A stretch of DNA of 64,000 nt, taken from positions 242,140 through 306,139 of the forward strand of contig RDEW01000034.1 in the NCBI GenBank assembly GCA_011109175.1, in the 5' to 3' direction. The position numbers and the translations under genes are program-made. The notes under the pieces are model-generated. The model saw only the letters and a list, made by a program, of their open reading frames with translations, ran no database searches and was not told where the DNA came from. Shown one piece after another: positions 12,870 to 25,699 of the stretch. This DNA comes from Dicyema japonicum. Its lineage: Eukaryota > Animalia > Dicyemida. Position 1 is the first letter of the stretch. Each line of letters begins with the position of its first letter.

Positions 12870-13620
12870 ATATTTAATAATCAACAACTTTCCTCAGGCA
12901 GGTTCGATTCTGGTTGCTTAAACAACTTTGAGAGCGCCTGTCCAATTGAACCCACTGCCCATGTGGCATCTCCGGGCTCTGCCTCCTATACTCCAGTGTC
13001 AGGCTCTCTAGGGTTAGTTTTAATACAGTGGAATGTAGATAGGCTCTGTCTGTCTCCAAGCAATCTTGGTACAGATCTGCTCCCTCCATTTACTTGGTGG
13101 TCTGGCTCGTCCGTCAATTCCTCATAGGTGATCTGTAGTGCACAGCACTAGGGAGATGTAACCCAATGACCTTATTGGCTTAGCCTCTAGCGCATAAGCC
13201 ACAGCCTTATTGATACGGTTAACAATACTCCGTTAACCATTCTATGAGGGATCTTGCGGGAAAATCTACGGTCCTCAATTGGGACATTTGCCGCTGCAAC
13301 GAGATTCTGCGCAAAGACCTCACAAGCATGCTTGAGCTGCAACGTATCACAGCTCTGGTGCTCGTGTTCTCTTTGACAATTGTGGTTATCAGGTCCCTGC
13401 CACTTTAGACCAGTACCCTCTTTGCCTACAACCAGTTTCTTGAGTTCAATCATAGATTTAGCAGTACTAAATCTGTCACTGCAGAGCTCCGCCAAGTATG
13501 GCCAGCCATTCCAGGGCATTCGGGATAGCCTGCTACGTACCTGAAGGACTACCTGCCACTTCCATTCTTTTGGGCCAGCGCCACAAAATTCTCGGATATA
13601 GCAAGAATTATATTCTTACC
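12870..13620 (-). mobile_element. R4/Dong-like RT thumb fragment
   Basis: GIDGRAR..KIA..IYIP (compare LDRKTRK..RLYIP) and MPHGQW..DRRSQSCL (compare LHGQ..D..S..WL). Confidence 0.45.
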
Positions 13621-14179
13621 ATCTGGTAACGCAAGTGACCCTTCTCCATTTTTCTTTTCAACATTTTTACCAACTCGAGTGAGTTTTAACGCCACCGAAT
13701 CGAACGCACGTTGCATGTAGTCATAAAATAAAAATTATTATTTAAATAATTTTTAAATTTTATTTTCTAAAAATATGTTTTTCAGCACGTTGCTTCTTGT
13801 GGTGGTTTGGTTTTATTAGAAAATCTTGCTTATTTGATTTTCTAAGCTATGTTTATGCTATAGTCTGTATTTAAATTGTTAACAAATGCATAAATTCAAT
13901 GATGTCTGGAATTGCCGTATGATTAGTTGATTACTATCTACACTCTCTGAGAATTCTGCATTTTTGGTAGAGTTAACAAAATGTTTCCTATTACATAATG
14001 TATGGTTTAAGATCTTATATAGGACAAAAATTCTAAACCACCTGAGTGTGGTCTAGTCGATACGTTATTCTAAGAATATGATTTTGTCGACATATCAAGT
14101 CAAGATTTGATCTGACAAATCAATTATACTTTATTTTGTAAAGTTAATTTTTTTAGTGAAGAACAGTTGTCATAACTAA

Positions 14180-14510
14180 TCGATAAGAAAGAACCAAGAT
14201 GAATAATTATAAATGACATGCCTTCCCATAGAAGCAACGATACTGTGATCCTTGCTTATACTGACTACATAATCTTGGCAACAAGAGAAAGTATCGACTG
14301 GGAAATGATGTCGGTGCAGGCCATCACAAACCAAGCATTTCCCCCTAGAGAAGGGGAAGACAGTCCAGACGCTTTCTATCTCAACGATCCATGCCCACCG
14401 GTTCCAGAGATGACGAGAATCCAACCGCCTCAAGAGAGCGCTTCACAACCTTGTTGATAATGGCATTCCTCGGGAACCGCTTACTTTTAAGAAGGCACGA
14501 TAGCGGATGA
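14180..14510 (-). mobile_element. CRE RLE fragment
   Basis: RLHPLSC..RFPRNAIIN..VFPFSRGKCLV; fused to a 14500-14720 copy of the 3660-4450 family. Confidence 0.75.
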
Positions 14511-14902
14511 AGCCTGCCGATCGACATTCTTTAAAAGGGATCGAAGAGTACATCGATTTATCGCGAGATCCTAGAGGCTAAATAGAGACTGTTTAGACAT
14601 ATACTTCGTCTGGACCTGAGGACCCGCTCAAACGTAGCAATGGAGGACTAATGTGTAATGGACGCTCCGCTTTTTTAAGACAACTTTACCGACCATTCTT
14701 GATGAAGACCTTAAGGAAATCGGGAAAAGCCTCAATGACGGGGAAGATCTTGACAGACTGAAACATGGCAAAGAGACGTCAGTTATGTAAAAAGTAACTA
14801 GTAGTTTAATGGTCCGATCATTAGTCCTTTCTAATAATAAATAAATAAATCAGAGATAATTTTGGCTTCACGTGTAGATAAATTTGCCTAATCAGGCCTC
14901 TC

Positions 14903-15186
14903 AGACTGGACCCGACTACGCCATGTAACAGAATAATGGAAGAATATTTCTACTACGCCGGAAGTCGCGGATTTCGAGGCAGACCAAGAAACACACTTCC
15001 AACCTGCTTAAAAGATGACTACGAACAAAATAGTCGTAAATTGGTGACAGCGGACGATCTGGATGATGTTCGAATGAGGGCCAGGAACAAGATGGCGTGG
15101 GCGAGGATGGCGAGGAGGATGGCTGTAAAACATGGCTCAAGCGAACCCCTTTTTAGGGCCACGCGAAAGAGCTCTTAACTAACTAA
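14903..15186 (+). mobile_element. 5'-truncated RTE LINE with (CTAA)n tail and 15-bp TSD
   Basis: RLDPTTP..MEEYF..FRGRPRNTLP..DDLDDVR..A..KMAW; TSD ctaatcaggcctctc at 14888-14902 and 15187-15201. Confidence 0.88.
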
Positions 15187-15359
15187 CTAATCAGGCCTCT
15201 CTATGACTAATAATACTGCATTTTACAAGGAGCCGTATTAGCTATTGCTCCTCCTAGTCAAGACACCCACTTTATTTTTAAGCAAAGAAAAGTAGTCTAA
15301 CTAATTGTAGAGGAAGAACTAATAAATAATCTTCACTTCTTTTTTCCTTTTTGTTGAAT

Positions 15360-15760
15360 GAGAGTCCTTTATAGACGATCCAGTTCCGCTGTGAGATGTT
15401 CACTGATAAGAAAAAAGAACGCTCTGTGGAAGAATATTAACAAAAATCGATTAATTACAAAAAACCAATTAGAAAAAGTTAAAGAACAAATAGCCAAAAT
15501 TGTAAATTATAAGACTGGGACGAGGTTTAAAGCAGTCCGATTAATAAAGAAAAAAGAAGCTGCATGACAATAGAGTTGGCAGAGGTTATCACAAAAATGT
15601 TAAATAAAGTTTTGAAGGAGACTACGAACTAGATATTGGTAGCGGGTGGTTAATTCACCTACCGAAGCCAAGAAAACTAAAAGGACCTACATATAATCTG
15701 AGGTCAATTATTATATTAACGACATTACGGAAAACATTATCCCTTAATGCTGTCCATTAA
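15360..15760 (+). mobile_element. RTE RT N-terminal fragment
   Basis: Degenerate P..KP.K.KGP..NLRSIIILTTLRK motif. Confidence 0.5.
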
Positions 15761-15819
15761 TTTATGAACATTATCATCCCCTATGAGGTTCTTAACTTCC
15801 AAAGAAATGTCCACGCATT

Positions 15820-16200
15820 TTAAGCATTCCAGTGAAAAGTTACTCGTTTCTTCGTTTTGGTATGTCTGTATATATTTATATCCAGGAAATGTAGTGGGAC
15901 TACTTTTAGTAGTTTGACCTCTTAGATAAGTGCAATATCAATGGTTTTTTATTCTGCACATTCATATCCGAGGCTACTGTTGAATCCACTTGAATCTCAC
16001 AAACTTGTTCGCAGTAATAATCTACATGGAATGTTCCTTGAGTCTCTTGTCTTCTTAATTATATATTGACGACACATGTACAGCCACCTCATTATGCCTT
16101 CGTAGGTAATCGCTGTTTAGCATATGACCACAGTTTTCCGCAAAGTAGTCGACACCTTTCCTGGCAGAATTACAGAGCTATAACTGATATGACTCCTCGA
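15820..16200 (-). mobile_element. R4/Dong-like zinc finger/RLE fragment
   Basis: Degenerate VD.L...C..ML..DY.RRHNEVA and EIQVDSTVASDM..QNKKP..DIALI; a related short piece lies at 17110-17330. Confidence 0.55.
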
Positions 16201-17324
16201 AAAGTGCGAATATTATTATTATGAAATGACTAGTAACTCAAATACTGCATTTATTCTTATTGAGCAATGATAGTCTCTGATTCTCTTGGAGATAACGATG
16301 CTCCTAATCGTGAATTATTAGTAATTTATAGGTTCTTATGTGATTATGCCCTAGATATTTCTAATTACCGAAAGTATAGCAGTTTGAATGGCCGGGAAGG
16401 AAAGTGAAATTATTGAATGATACAATAAATCTATCAACAAAGAGAGTTTCTTAAACTGACAATAAAAAATAATTTAAAACGCAAAGTGGTAATATATTAC
16501 CATTATCAAATTTTACTTTTAAACTTATAGCTTTTATGGAAGGTTAACATATATGACTGTTTAATCACTATTATCTGTTCGAGAAGTAGTAGACCGTCTT
16601 CTGGTCGTCAGGACGACATGATTATTGTCTAATTCTGTACAGATACGAATCTATATGGTGAAAACAACGTAGGCACACCAAGTTGAAACTTACTTTTTGA
16701 CACGATGAATCATCAAACGCTTCAGCTTTCGAGGTTAAATTGAGAAATAGGTCCAACCTCTTCCATTTTCATCACACATTCCACCATCGCAGAAATAACT
16801 TCATTCTTAGATGGAAGAGTTTTCACTTTGGAAATCTTCATTGGTGACTTTATTTATACTCTTCAGAGAAGCTTAATATTATTTGTTTGAAAACTTATAG
16901 ACCAGCAAGAAAGAAGGTGTTATAGAGAGTATATAGAAGTCATACAAATTTGTTAAACGAGCTTATATGAGTTCAGTGAAATCTGTTTCATTATCCAATT
17001 CACAAGGTGAAAGTGCAATATGAGACATAGGTGAATTCATATCCGTTGCTAAAAGGCCACCACCAAAACCTTCAATTTGTAAGCAGATTACAAAATATTT
17101 TTTAACCAAGGCGTGAAAACAGATCCAGAAAGTTTTGATTCCTAGATAAGTGCAATATCCACTTTGATTCTGTCCGTGAATTGAACCTCTCTTCCGAGGG
17201 ACATCCAGGTAAACCTGGATCGTCTAAGATTTGGGTACCACCCCTCAATAAAGGCGTATGTACGTAAACTGGATTATCTAAATATGTTCCTTTTGCGAAC
17301 TTTCCAAGTTGAAAACAAATCACT

Positions 17325-17457
17325 ATCTTGAATGTCCTGAATTAGTAAACGATTCGTGTACAATTCGAGGACTGAACGATCTATGTGAGCAACCAGTATT
17401 TGCAGCGTCCAAGGAATGAGGCCAGGATTACTTAAGGAAGTAACTAACTAACTAACT
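17325..17457 (+). mobile_element. LINE 3' end with (TAAC)4 tail
   Basis: HYLECPEL..L.DL.EQP..AA terminal motif; taactaactaactaac at 17441-17456. Confidence 0.55.
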
Positions 17458-17669
17458 TTAAAAAAGATCCAGCCATCGTAAGATTGATCAATTTCGGAGT
17501 AACAATCTAATTATTTTAGTCATTTATTAATTTTATTTCCATTGTTTCATTATTTAAAATAATTATTTAATCCAACTAATAAAATATTAATTATTCAAAA
17601 TGAAATTTATTTTAAATATCATTATCTTAAAGCATCTAGTAATAATACATCAAATGATAATGTAGTATA

Positions 17670-17800
17670 AATTTTGCTCGATTCTTGAACCAAAAATTTG
17701 TTCTGTTTTCTACACAAACCGTATAAATCTTTCGCCTTTTACTAAAGATTTCCGTGTGTAGGGATATCAGTGAATATCCATTTTTTGTGCCTCTTTTGAG
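17670..17800 (-). pseudogene. Possible degraded homeobox remnant
   Basis: Minus strand reads YP..TRKSL....GL.RKQ.KF then WFKNRAK. Spacing from YP to W is ~74 nt against 69 expected, with frameshifts. Confidence 0.3.
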
Positions 17801-18099
17801 GTTTTTAAAAAAAAAATTTAATTACACCATAACATATTCTACATTGATTTAAAGATCCTTTAATCTCCATGCACATAAACAGTAAATCGAATATACGCTC
17901 CCAGGATGCATGTCCCATTATCTTAAGGAAACGAATCGATTTCTCCTTTATTCTTCCATTTGTCTCAATGAAACTAAACGTCGATGTTTTTTTTTAAATA
18001 AATGCAAAATTTGGCTAAAATTGTAGGATTAACGAAATAATTTTATATGAAATAAACGTCAAACAGTCCACGCTATAATTCTGTTGATGGTTCTGTGCC

Positions 18100-18760
18100 T
18101 CGGATTTTTTTTCCAGGATGTGAAGATCATCCTTCCGCATCAGAATCTGTCTAATTTTTTGACCACGCGTTCAGCTAGCGATCCGTTTATGTTGGGTATT
18201 ATCTGCCACATGAGATCCATAGAAGATTTGACTGAGGGTAGGGAAGTTGAAAGATCGAGTCTCAGTTGTGAACGGATCCCAATCCCTCCAAAACAAAGTG
18301 GTAACTTTTATCGGATCCAGCCATTTTCATAAAATGAAATATTAATATTTCTTCAACGGCGCCTCTTAACCTCTCTTGGTTCTTAAGAAATCCATGTCCT
18401 TGAAACAGGATGCTGTCCATAAATAAGTAGATGAGGCGTGAGATGGAAATTCTGGGGGAAGATAACTCTGTTATTAAGAGTTGTTAGGTTGACGACAATA
18501 GTTATACAGATTCATAGTTCTTTTGCAGGAAAGTTGGAACTTTCTTGTGATACAGCTGGAAGCCAAGAAAAATCAGTTTGGAGCTTAGAAATTTACAAGT
18601 TCCTCTGGCAGCAATCTTCACGTCAGGCGTCTAAGGTACATTGTCTATAGCAATGGATCTTAACCCATCTACAAACTTTTCTCAAGGCAATTGATTTTGA
18701 TGCAAACAGAAGTTCACGGACAGAATCTGAAAGCTCTTCCGATGAATGTGGTCAGTAAGA
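18100..18760 (-). mobile_element. CRE RT core/thumb fragments
   Basis: LLFASKSIALRK..DGLRSIAI.NV..RL..KIAA and KLPLCFGGIGIRS. Confidence 0.7.
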
Positions 18761-19604
18761 GACTTTATTGAATTGTTTAGGGTGTTTCCCATATAACAGA
18801 AGTAAGGTCCTTAATATGGCTTAATAGGCCGGAAAAACAAAGTTTAATTTTATTTAGTTGGCAAAGGGTAGGAAGGATGAATTAATTCAAAATTTCTGTT
18901 AAAAATATTTGAGCGTATAAATCGCTGATGAACTAAACAAAGCCCTCCATGGTAACTAGTAGGCTGTGAGCAAACGAATTAAGTTGCTAGTAATTATAGT
19001 AATTTTTAAAAACTATTGAGTAATTTTCACAGATATTTATTAATTGTTAAAACAAAATAAAATAAAGAAACACTCATACAGTGGCCTTCTTGACTGCTTA
19101 CCTATTCCCTCTACGATGGCGAACGAGATTCGTTCAAATAGTCAGCAGCGCTCACGAAGATCTCTTGTGGTTATTATGGTGGCACTCTAGTATTTTGAAA
19201 AGAAGTGCATTTTATCTTGGGACTCCCACGAGACTGGAGGAATACTTTGTTATGGATGCTCCGCTGTTCCCCAGTCAACCAAAAATAACCATACTGACGA
19301 AAAAGACCCTAAAGAATCGGTAGACGCCTCACGATGTGGAGGACTTACGAGACATGACGAGGAGTCTCCAAAAATGGAAGATTTCAACTAGTAATTGATT
19401 TTACGTGTTGCACATGTCACGCCTATGAGATAGCGTAGGTGCCAATAATAGTTGTAGCTGTGTGTAAAAATCCATGATATGTTCTTCATAGCTAACCACA
19501 TATGACTCGTATTTTAAGAGCGGTCAGAATTAATGATCTAACATGTAATTCCTCGTTACTCCTCCAGGTAGTTTATCTGAATATTCTCAAAGACGAGATT
19601 TGAC

Positions 19605-19915
19605 CCATCTACATGTGTTGATACATTCTCTCCGAAGAATTTGGCCGCTTTAGTCTCTGACCTAATTTATGCTTTTGAAAAAGCCGAAGATCACAAGAGA
19701 AGAAAGTACTGAAGCATTTCGGAGGATCACTTGTTTGTCCCATTTGCTGTTGAAACGTAAGGAATTTTTGGCACACAAGCTGAAGATATAGTCCGAAAGA
19801 TAGGCTCAATGATCCAAAGGGTCATCAAGGATCGACATAAGACTGGATGGCTTCGGGAGCGTATCTCAATAGCCATTGTCAGAAGAAACAACATGGCCAT
19901 TCAATCTTTCTAAAT
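19605..19915 (+). mobile_element. CRE RLE 3' end
   Basis: TCVDTFSP..KAEDHKRRKY..FVPFAVET*G..WLRERISIAIVRRN*. Confidence 0.85.
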
Positions 19916-20019
19916 TAAGTGCTCTTTTAACTTTAATTTTTTTATGTTCAATGATTACGTTTGCAAAAAAAATTTTTTTATTCAATCATTTAAATCAATA
20001 ATGTTAATTCCTGACAAGG

Positions 20020-20340
20020 TCTCCATTATCGGCTGCTGGCATCGAGCACGCATGGGAGTTATTTCTCATTGTCATGAGCTTAATTTTCTGGAAGAGGCAT
20101 CGTTTCATTCACTCTTCCGCTGTCCTCCAAGCAGTCTGATTGACATGCTAAAATCAGTGTGCTCGGGCCAAAAATGCCAGAAGTCTCAATTTAGATCTAC
20201 TGTAATTTGAACCAACCCCCAATGCCAAATACTTTTCTTTTTCAAAACTTCAGTTCTTGCTGCGAAACCCGAGCGCGAAAATGACTTAAGCAGATTCGCT
20301 TTAGTGAATCCTGTCTATATCCGCAATTGTGGTAACCCCT
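20020..20340 (-). mobile_element. CRE RLE 3' end
   Basis: Homologous to 23360-23830 and 57190-57500 (ETSGIFGPSTLI motif region). Confidence 0.65.
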
Positions 20341-21099
20341 CCAGTTGACTAATGAAAAGCAAGATTCTTTTTGTTATCAGCTACCCATTGGGCGTCTCTT
20401 ACAAGTTATCAAAAAAATAAAGTAGTTTTTAAATTTACTGATGACTTCTTTACCAATTCTTACTACCTCCCCAGAAGTTACGAGGTGATTGAGATGAAAA
20501 GCATTTTTCAACTTCCTTAGTTCACCAGAGTACGATGATCTTTGAAATGTTTTAAATTACTATAAAACCTTAATTTTCTTTTTCTTTCAATGAGAAAAGT
20601 CAGATATACTCAGAAAGAAGATAAGTGACGACAAATTGAATATATCCAGTTCTCGCTACTGCAGATGCAGAGACGAGTCCTTCTAATGTTACACAAAAGT
20701 CTTTAAGAACCATAGGTAAGTTAAGAGAACTTACTGTTATGTAAACTTGCAGAAATACATACACAAGAAATAGATAGAGTTGTGAAAATTTGTAGCCGTA
20801 GTTTCATCAGAGACATAGCAACATCAGTTCAACATACAGCAAAGCTCATTGAACTACGGTTCACTGACATTTTAAAGTTTGTAAGATATTAAAAGTTGAT
20901 TAATCGTTACTTTCGGTCACACGGTTAAATCGATTTTACGGATCGTTCTCAACCTTAAATCATTGTCAACTGGTCACAATGATTTATTTATTTTGTCTCA
21001 TTTTGAACGTCTCAGAACAAAGGAACAACTAAAAGCAACATTCAAACGTATGGAGATGCTGGACTCACAGACATCTCTATTCCTGCTGAGAACGCCTTG

Positions 21100-21620
21100 C
21101 CAGCACAAAAATTAAGCTACGTTCTTTGGGGGCACGTTGTTATCAGAAAATGCAACACCTCAAACTATCGATTCCATCTTCAGGACCACTATCGAACGTC
21201 TTACAAATGTTAATTTTGATGACCAAGGGTGGACCAAGCAACCTGACCTGTTAGCTTTGGTAATCTGGGAATCCCCTTACTAAATGATTTAGCACGCCCT
21301 GCGTATCTGTTATTCTTGTGCTCCAGTCAGTATTTGATCAAGATGATTCTCTAACTCCAAACAGAATCGATGGAGATCAGAGATATGGAGCATCTGAGAG
21401 TCAAGATGCCTGAACAGAAAGACTGATAGAGGTCCATCTGCGAAGATAAATATGAGAGGCTTCTGAACCAATCAAGCGAACACCAATGTGCTTGTCTAGT
21501 CACTGGAAGATACAAATTGAGTGGCACTGATCAATGCACTCCCAATCGGTAGCGTCGGTACCCACCATGATGACGATACTTTCCTCACCGGTAATCGCCA
21601 CATGACAGCCTTATTGCTTT
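21100..21620 (+). mobile_element. CRE RT thumb fragment
   Basis: KLSYVL..IFRTTIERLTNVNFDDQGW.QA.LPVSFG.LGI..LA.PAYL. Confidence 0.7.
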
Positions 21621-22010
21621 CATACAATAACTACGTAACAGCTTAGAATAACACGGTGGCTCTTTCAAAACATTAACTCGCGATCATGAGAGGTCCTTTT
21701 TTCACAAACTTCATTAGCAGACTTATTATAAAGTGGTCTGAAAAATGAAAATCTATTAAAATTATTTTAAAAAACCAACCTGCTATATATGTCGATGACT
21801 GTTAAGATCCATTCGGTAAGGGATAACTCGTCTAGAAATAACATGTAATAAATATAATTTTTCTGCATTTCATATTGGGTTTACGAGGAGTATGCGAGCA
21901 AATTCCGGAACTTGCGTAGATACGAAGATTTGCATTTACGTGAAAACTTTTGGGAGGGAAAGTGAGAATTTAAACACAACTTTGAATGATTTTTCAAATA
22001 ATATCATTCT

Positions 22011-22334
22011 TCACAGTAAAATATCGTAGTTGACATTCATATTCGATTTTGTTGACTCCTCCATATGAACATTCTTGTAGGGCTTTGTCAAGATCTCCAT
22101 TACAGTTTCAGTATCAAGGGAAATGAGTAATTTAAGATCTGAATCTTTGAATCTGAGATACAACCTTTTGATGATAACAAATGTACAATATTTTTCTTTA
22201 ATTATACAAAAATTATGAATCTTCTTAAGTAGTTTATATTTTCCTTGTCTCGTAAGATGTTCAGGGAATTGCAAGACGTCTTTCAAAATTTCATATTCTG
22301 AACTATCTTTCACAAAACCTCTGCAAGAAACCAA
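22011..22334 (-). mobile_element. Ginger/GIN-like integrase transposon N-terminal fragment
   Basis: 107-aa ORF EYEILKDVL.FP....KYKLLKK..NF....LY similar to the 51075-51323 ORF, upstream of an integrase Zn-binding region. Confidence 0.5.
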
Positions 22335-22499
22335 TAAAAAAAAAAAATTTGAAACACGCTAGATATTTAGGGTTGCCACCATAAAAATAAAATTCTGATA
22401 ATCAAAGATATTTGATTTGACCTTTTCAAAGTTAAAAAATGTAACTTGCCCATGCATAACCAGTCGGCCATGTGACATAGCTGGCCACTCGGACGGCCA

Positions 22500-23090
22500 G
22501 CAAAAGAAGTGTCTTACTTTATTGTACGAACAATTAATTAGGAAGACGTTAAACTATGCCTGAAGTTGGTCACTTGCATAGCACAAAAGTTGCAGCAGAT
22601 TCAAAACTCAGCATTGAGATTCTAACTGGCTGTTTGAAATCATCTCTCGTTGGGTATTGCACTGGGAGTCGAAGATCTGAGTGACCACCTTGAAATGAGG
22701 AACTAACAATATCTCAGACAATCGCTTGACCTAAACCTCCCAACCTTTCCATTATTTGAGTTCACAAATCGTAGACACATATGGGGAACATTTAATGATC
22801 TTCAAAGAACACTCCAGAAAATTCCACTTCGGGATAAAGACCAGACCTATACCGATGTAGACTTTGCGTCTACTCGTCTCATACAAACCATTGAAGAGAA
22901 CAAGATTAGCACTTCAGAAATTCGTCCAAGGGCCGTCAGACTAGAACTTTCTCGTTTATGATGTGAACATCATCAGTTTATGGTTGGGAGATAAGATCAG
23001 GATCTTCTTGATTGCTCTGTGCCACATGAGCTAGACGTCAAGGTATGGTCTCTGAGAGCGTCCTCGCAACTTTATCAATACAGTTGAATT
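22500..23090 (+). mobile_element. Jockey/I-like LINE RT C-terminus and 3' end
   Basis: TLNYA..ILTGC..LHWESKI..HL.MRG..VRLELSRL.CEHH. Confidence 0.6.
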
Positions 23091-23359
23091 CTTTCGCAGC
23101 ATTTACTAAACAAGAAATGCTGGATACTCTAACTCCATGGTTTGATAATCTATTTGATGTTTTTTTTAAATCCATCTATTATGAAACCACTTTATTCCCG
23201 TCTCTTTTTTACATATTTTACTAATTCCGACAACACACTAATAATATGAAGAATCATTGCATTAGACAAATATTCAAGACAACCACCGAGTAAATGAAAT
23301 AAGTTGACATTAATTTTAGATTTTTTTGGGAAAAACAATTTATTAACATAAAGTAAAGT

Positions 23360-23830
23360 TGTTATGACAGATCCTTATTATGACCTGCAGGCATTGAGCC
23401 CCATGGGCGGTACCTCTCATAATCGCTAGCCTAATGTTCTTAAAAAACCATCGCGCCATTCTGATTCAATCTTCCGCTTCCATACAATCCGTCTGAGTAA
23501 CCTGATAAAATCAGACGTGCTTGGGCCAATAACACCAGACGTCTCAACGGAGATCGGCTGGAAAAAGAACCGATCCACGATACCGTGGTACTTCCTACTT
23601 TTTATTTATTCGGCAGTGCTCGCTGCGAAACCCGGGTGTAACAATGACAAACAAATTACCATTGGAGAAAGTGTTCATGCACGTTGAATTCTAAGAAGCA
23701 TGATTGTTACGTCATCCAGCCTCTTTGTCAACGCCGAAGGCTCCAGAAAGCAAGTAAACCTTGCGTCTTCATAGCTCACGTGACAGTCGCGTTTAAAGTG
23801 GTGTGACGAGAGAATCTCCGGAGCTTCGTC
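23360..23830 (-). mobile_element. CRE RLE 3' end
   Basis: KYHGIVDRFFFQPISVETSGVIGPSTSDFI; tail ctcaatgcctgcagg.cataa..atcataacaactttac shared with ~57460-57500. Confidence 0.8.
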
Positions 23831-24199
23831 TGCATGACATTAAAAATGAAATCGTATCTTTTAAAAATATATATTATTACAGTTTATTACCATCAACTCC
23901 CATTTTTAAATTTTCCATATTATTGGAAAATATTTTAATTATTATTCAACCAAACTTTAATTATTATTCAACCAAACTGCCAAGTGGCGCCAACTTTAGT
24001 TTGGTGCTATGTGACTACTTGAATTGAAGCTTTTTTGTTTTTTTTCCTTTTCTTCCTCTTTAGCTCCAAGAGATTGAATTGTTATCTCGTCATGTGGTTC
24101 ATCATCTATGTGGCTTCAGATATAATCCTAAGTAATACAAAAAAGGGACATTAGTCAACAACCATCGTGGTCAAAGAGCCACGGCTGCCGACCCCTGTC

Positions 24200-25660
24200 C
24201 TAAAGGATTACAAAAAAATAGATAAACCAACTTTTATGGAATGCTGATTGGGGATCTCACTTCTAATGAGAGGCAGAAGATCATGACTATCTGCACAATC
24301 GATGTCCATACAAGGGATGCTGTAGAGAAATTTTATTCAGCAAAAAAGTTCATATTGGGCACTAACGAGTAGGTTGAGAATAGTCAAGTTTTCACGTGGC
24401 TGTGCCAACTCAGACACTGTGTGATGAAACCAAAAAGGACTGCTTCATTAAAATATGTGACGCCATCTTCAGATATTCCCATGAATACTTGGTTGTACTC
24501 CCAGAATGGTTATAACTCTACTAACTGATCGGTTGCATCCTTTAATAGCTGAAACAACTAAGGATTTGGAGAAGCTCATTGGAATTATGGCCTACATGTT
24601 CAACTGCTAGGAGAACATATGGATTGTAAGGTTCAAACTGTTTATGAATTAGTCCGCTGGTAATATTTACACATGACTGACTCAATCAGGGGTTGGAGAT
24701 GCTTTGTTGTGTTTAATAGAAAATCGGTGTAAGTATTATCAGTTGTGGTGAGGTTGATAATATTCAGGACATTAAGATAAGAAAGATATTCATTTTATGT
24801 GAAACTGGGTACTACCAACTATTGAGATATTTCTAACTATGAATTCTGTTATGCCGGGGTACTGAACTCCCGGAAAACTCGAAGGCTTTATTCAGCCATA
24901 TAGTTATCTGATTTTATGGCCATGTGTCATGTTGTCTCCGATTTTGAGATGAATTGTGAAATTGGTGAAGGCTTATCGGATGCGGAGTTTTGGCTCATTA
25001 GCTTAAAAATCTGTACAGTTTTGCAAGGAACTCATTTCCAAACAAGATCACTATAATTGGGACTTTGAGCCATCAAATAAGTCCTGGTTCTCTTAAAGAG
25101 CAGATTTACAACGACCGGAAGACCAGGTAGACTAAACATTAACATTTTAGGTTCTCATGAGAGCTTGAGGGACTTGAATATACCAAAGATAGTCACTGAT
25201 ATTTCCCATTTTTATTGGACTGATTAGAGATTTTTTCACTTCTATTGATGTCCACAGAAAAGGGAATTTAGAATTGTGAAGAACATTCGAAAGGCTACCC
25301 CTGACCTGAAATTACAACCTGAGGAAAACATTATATTAAAAGTTCATTTTGTCATAAATTGTAGGTCGTCCAATTGGTGGAACTGCTGGAGGTCTGTCAC
25401 TCTGTTTTTATCAGTGGAAATGCAGGGGTTAGTAATAGCATGACTTTGCAGATGTTTTTAAAGACACACAGGAATCTCAGATAGAAGGGACTCGCCGTGG
25501 ATCTTAATCCTAAGGTCGTCAGGAACGATGAACTCTACGGAGTATTAAACCTGGCAACGAGGAAATTATCTCAAGTATTCAAAATTATGGTTATTTTACG
25601 TGATGCTGTCTGGTTCTTGGTGAATAAAATTGTATTGGTGTGCATAATGCCTATCCCTGA
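24200..25660 (+). pseudogene. DNAH: Axonemal outer-arm dynein heavy chain (DNAH9/11/17-like) pseudogene, part 1 (linker end, AAA1, start of AAA2)
   Basis: [86 protein letters not shown]|VLMRA (24-nt intron 25127-25150), VVQLVELLEVCHSVF, DLNPKVVRNDELYGVLN. Many stops and frameshifts; the AAA1 P-loop is deleted. Confidence 0.9.
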
Positions 25661-25699
25661 AATCTACTGAGCATCAACAATCAACTCCCTAAATCCACC

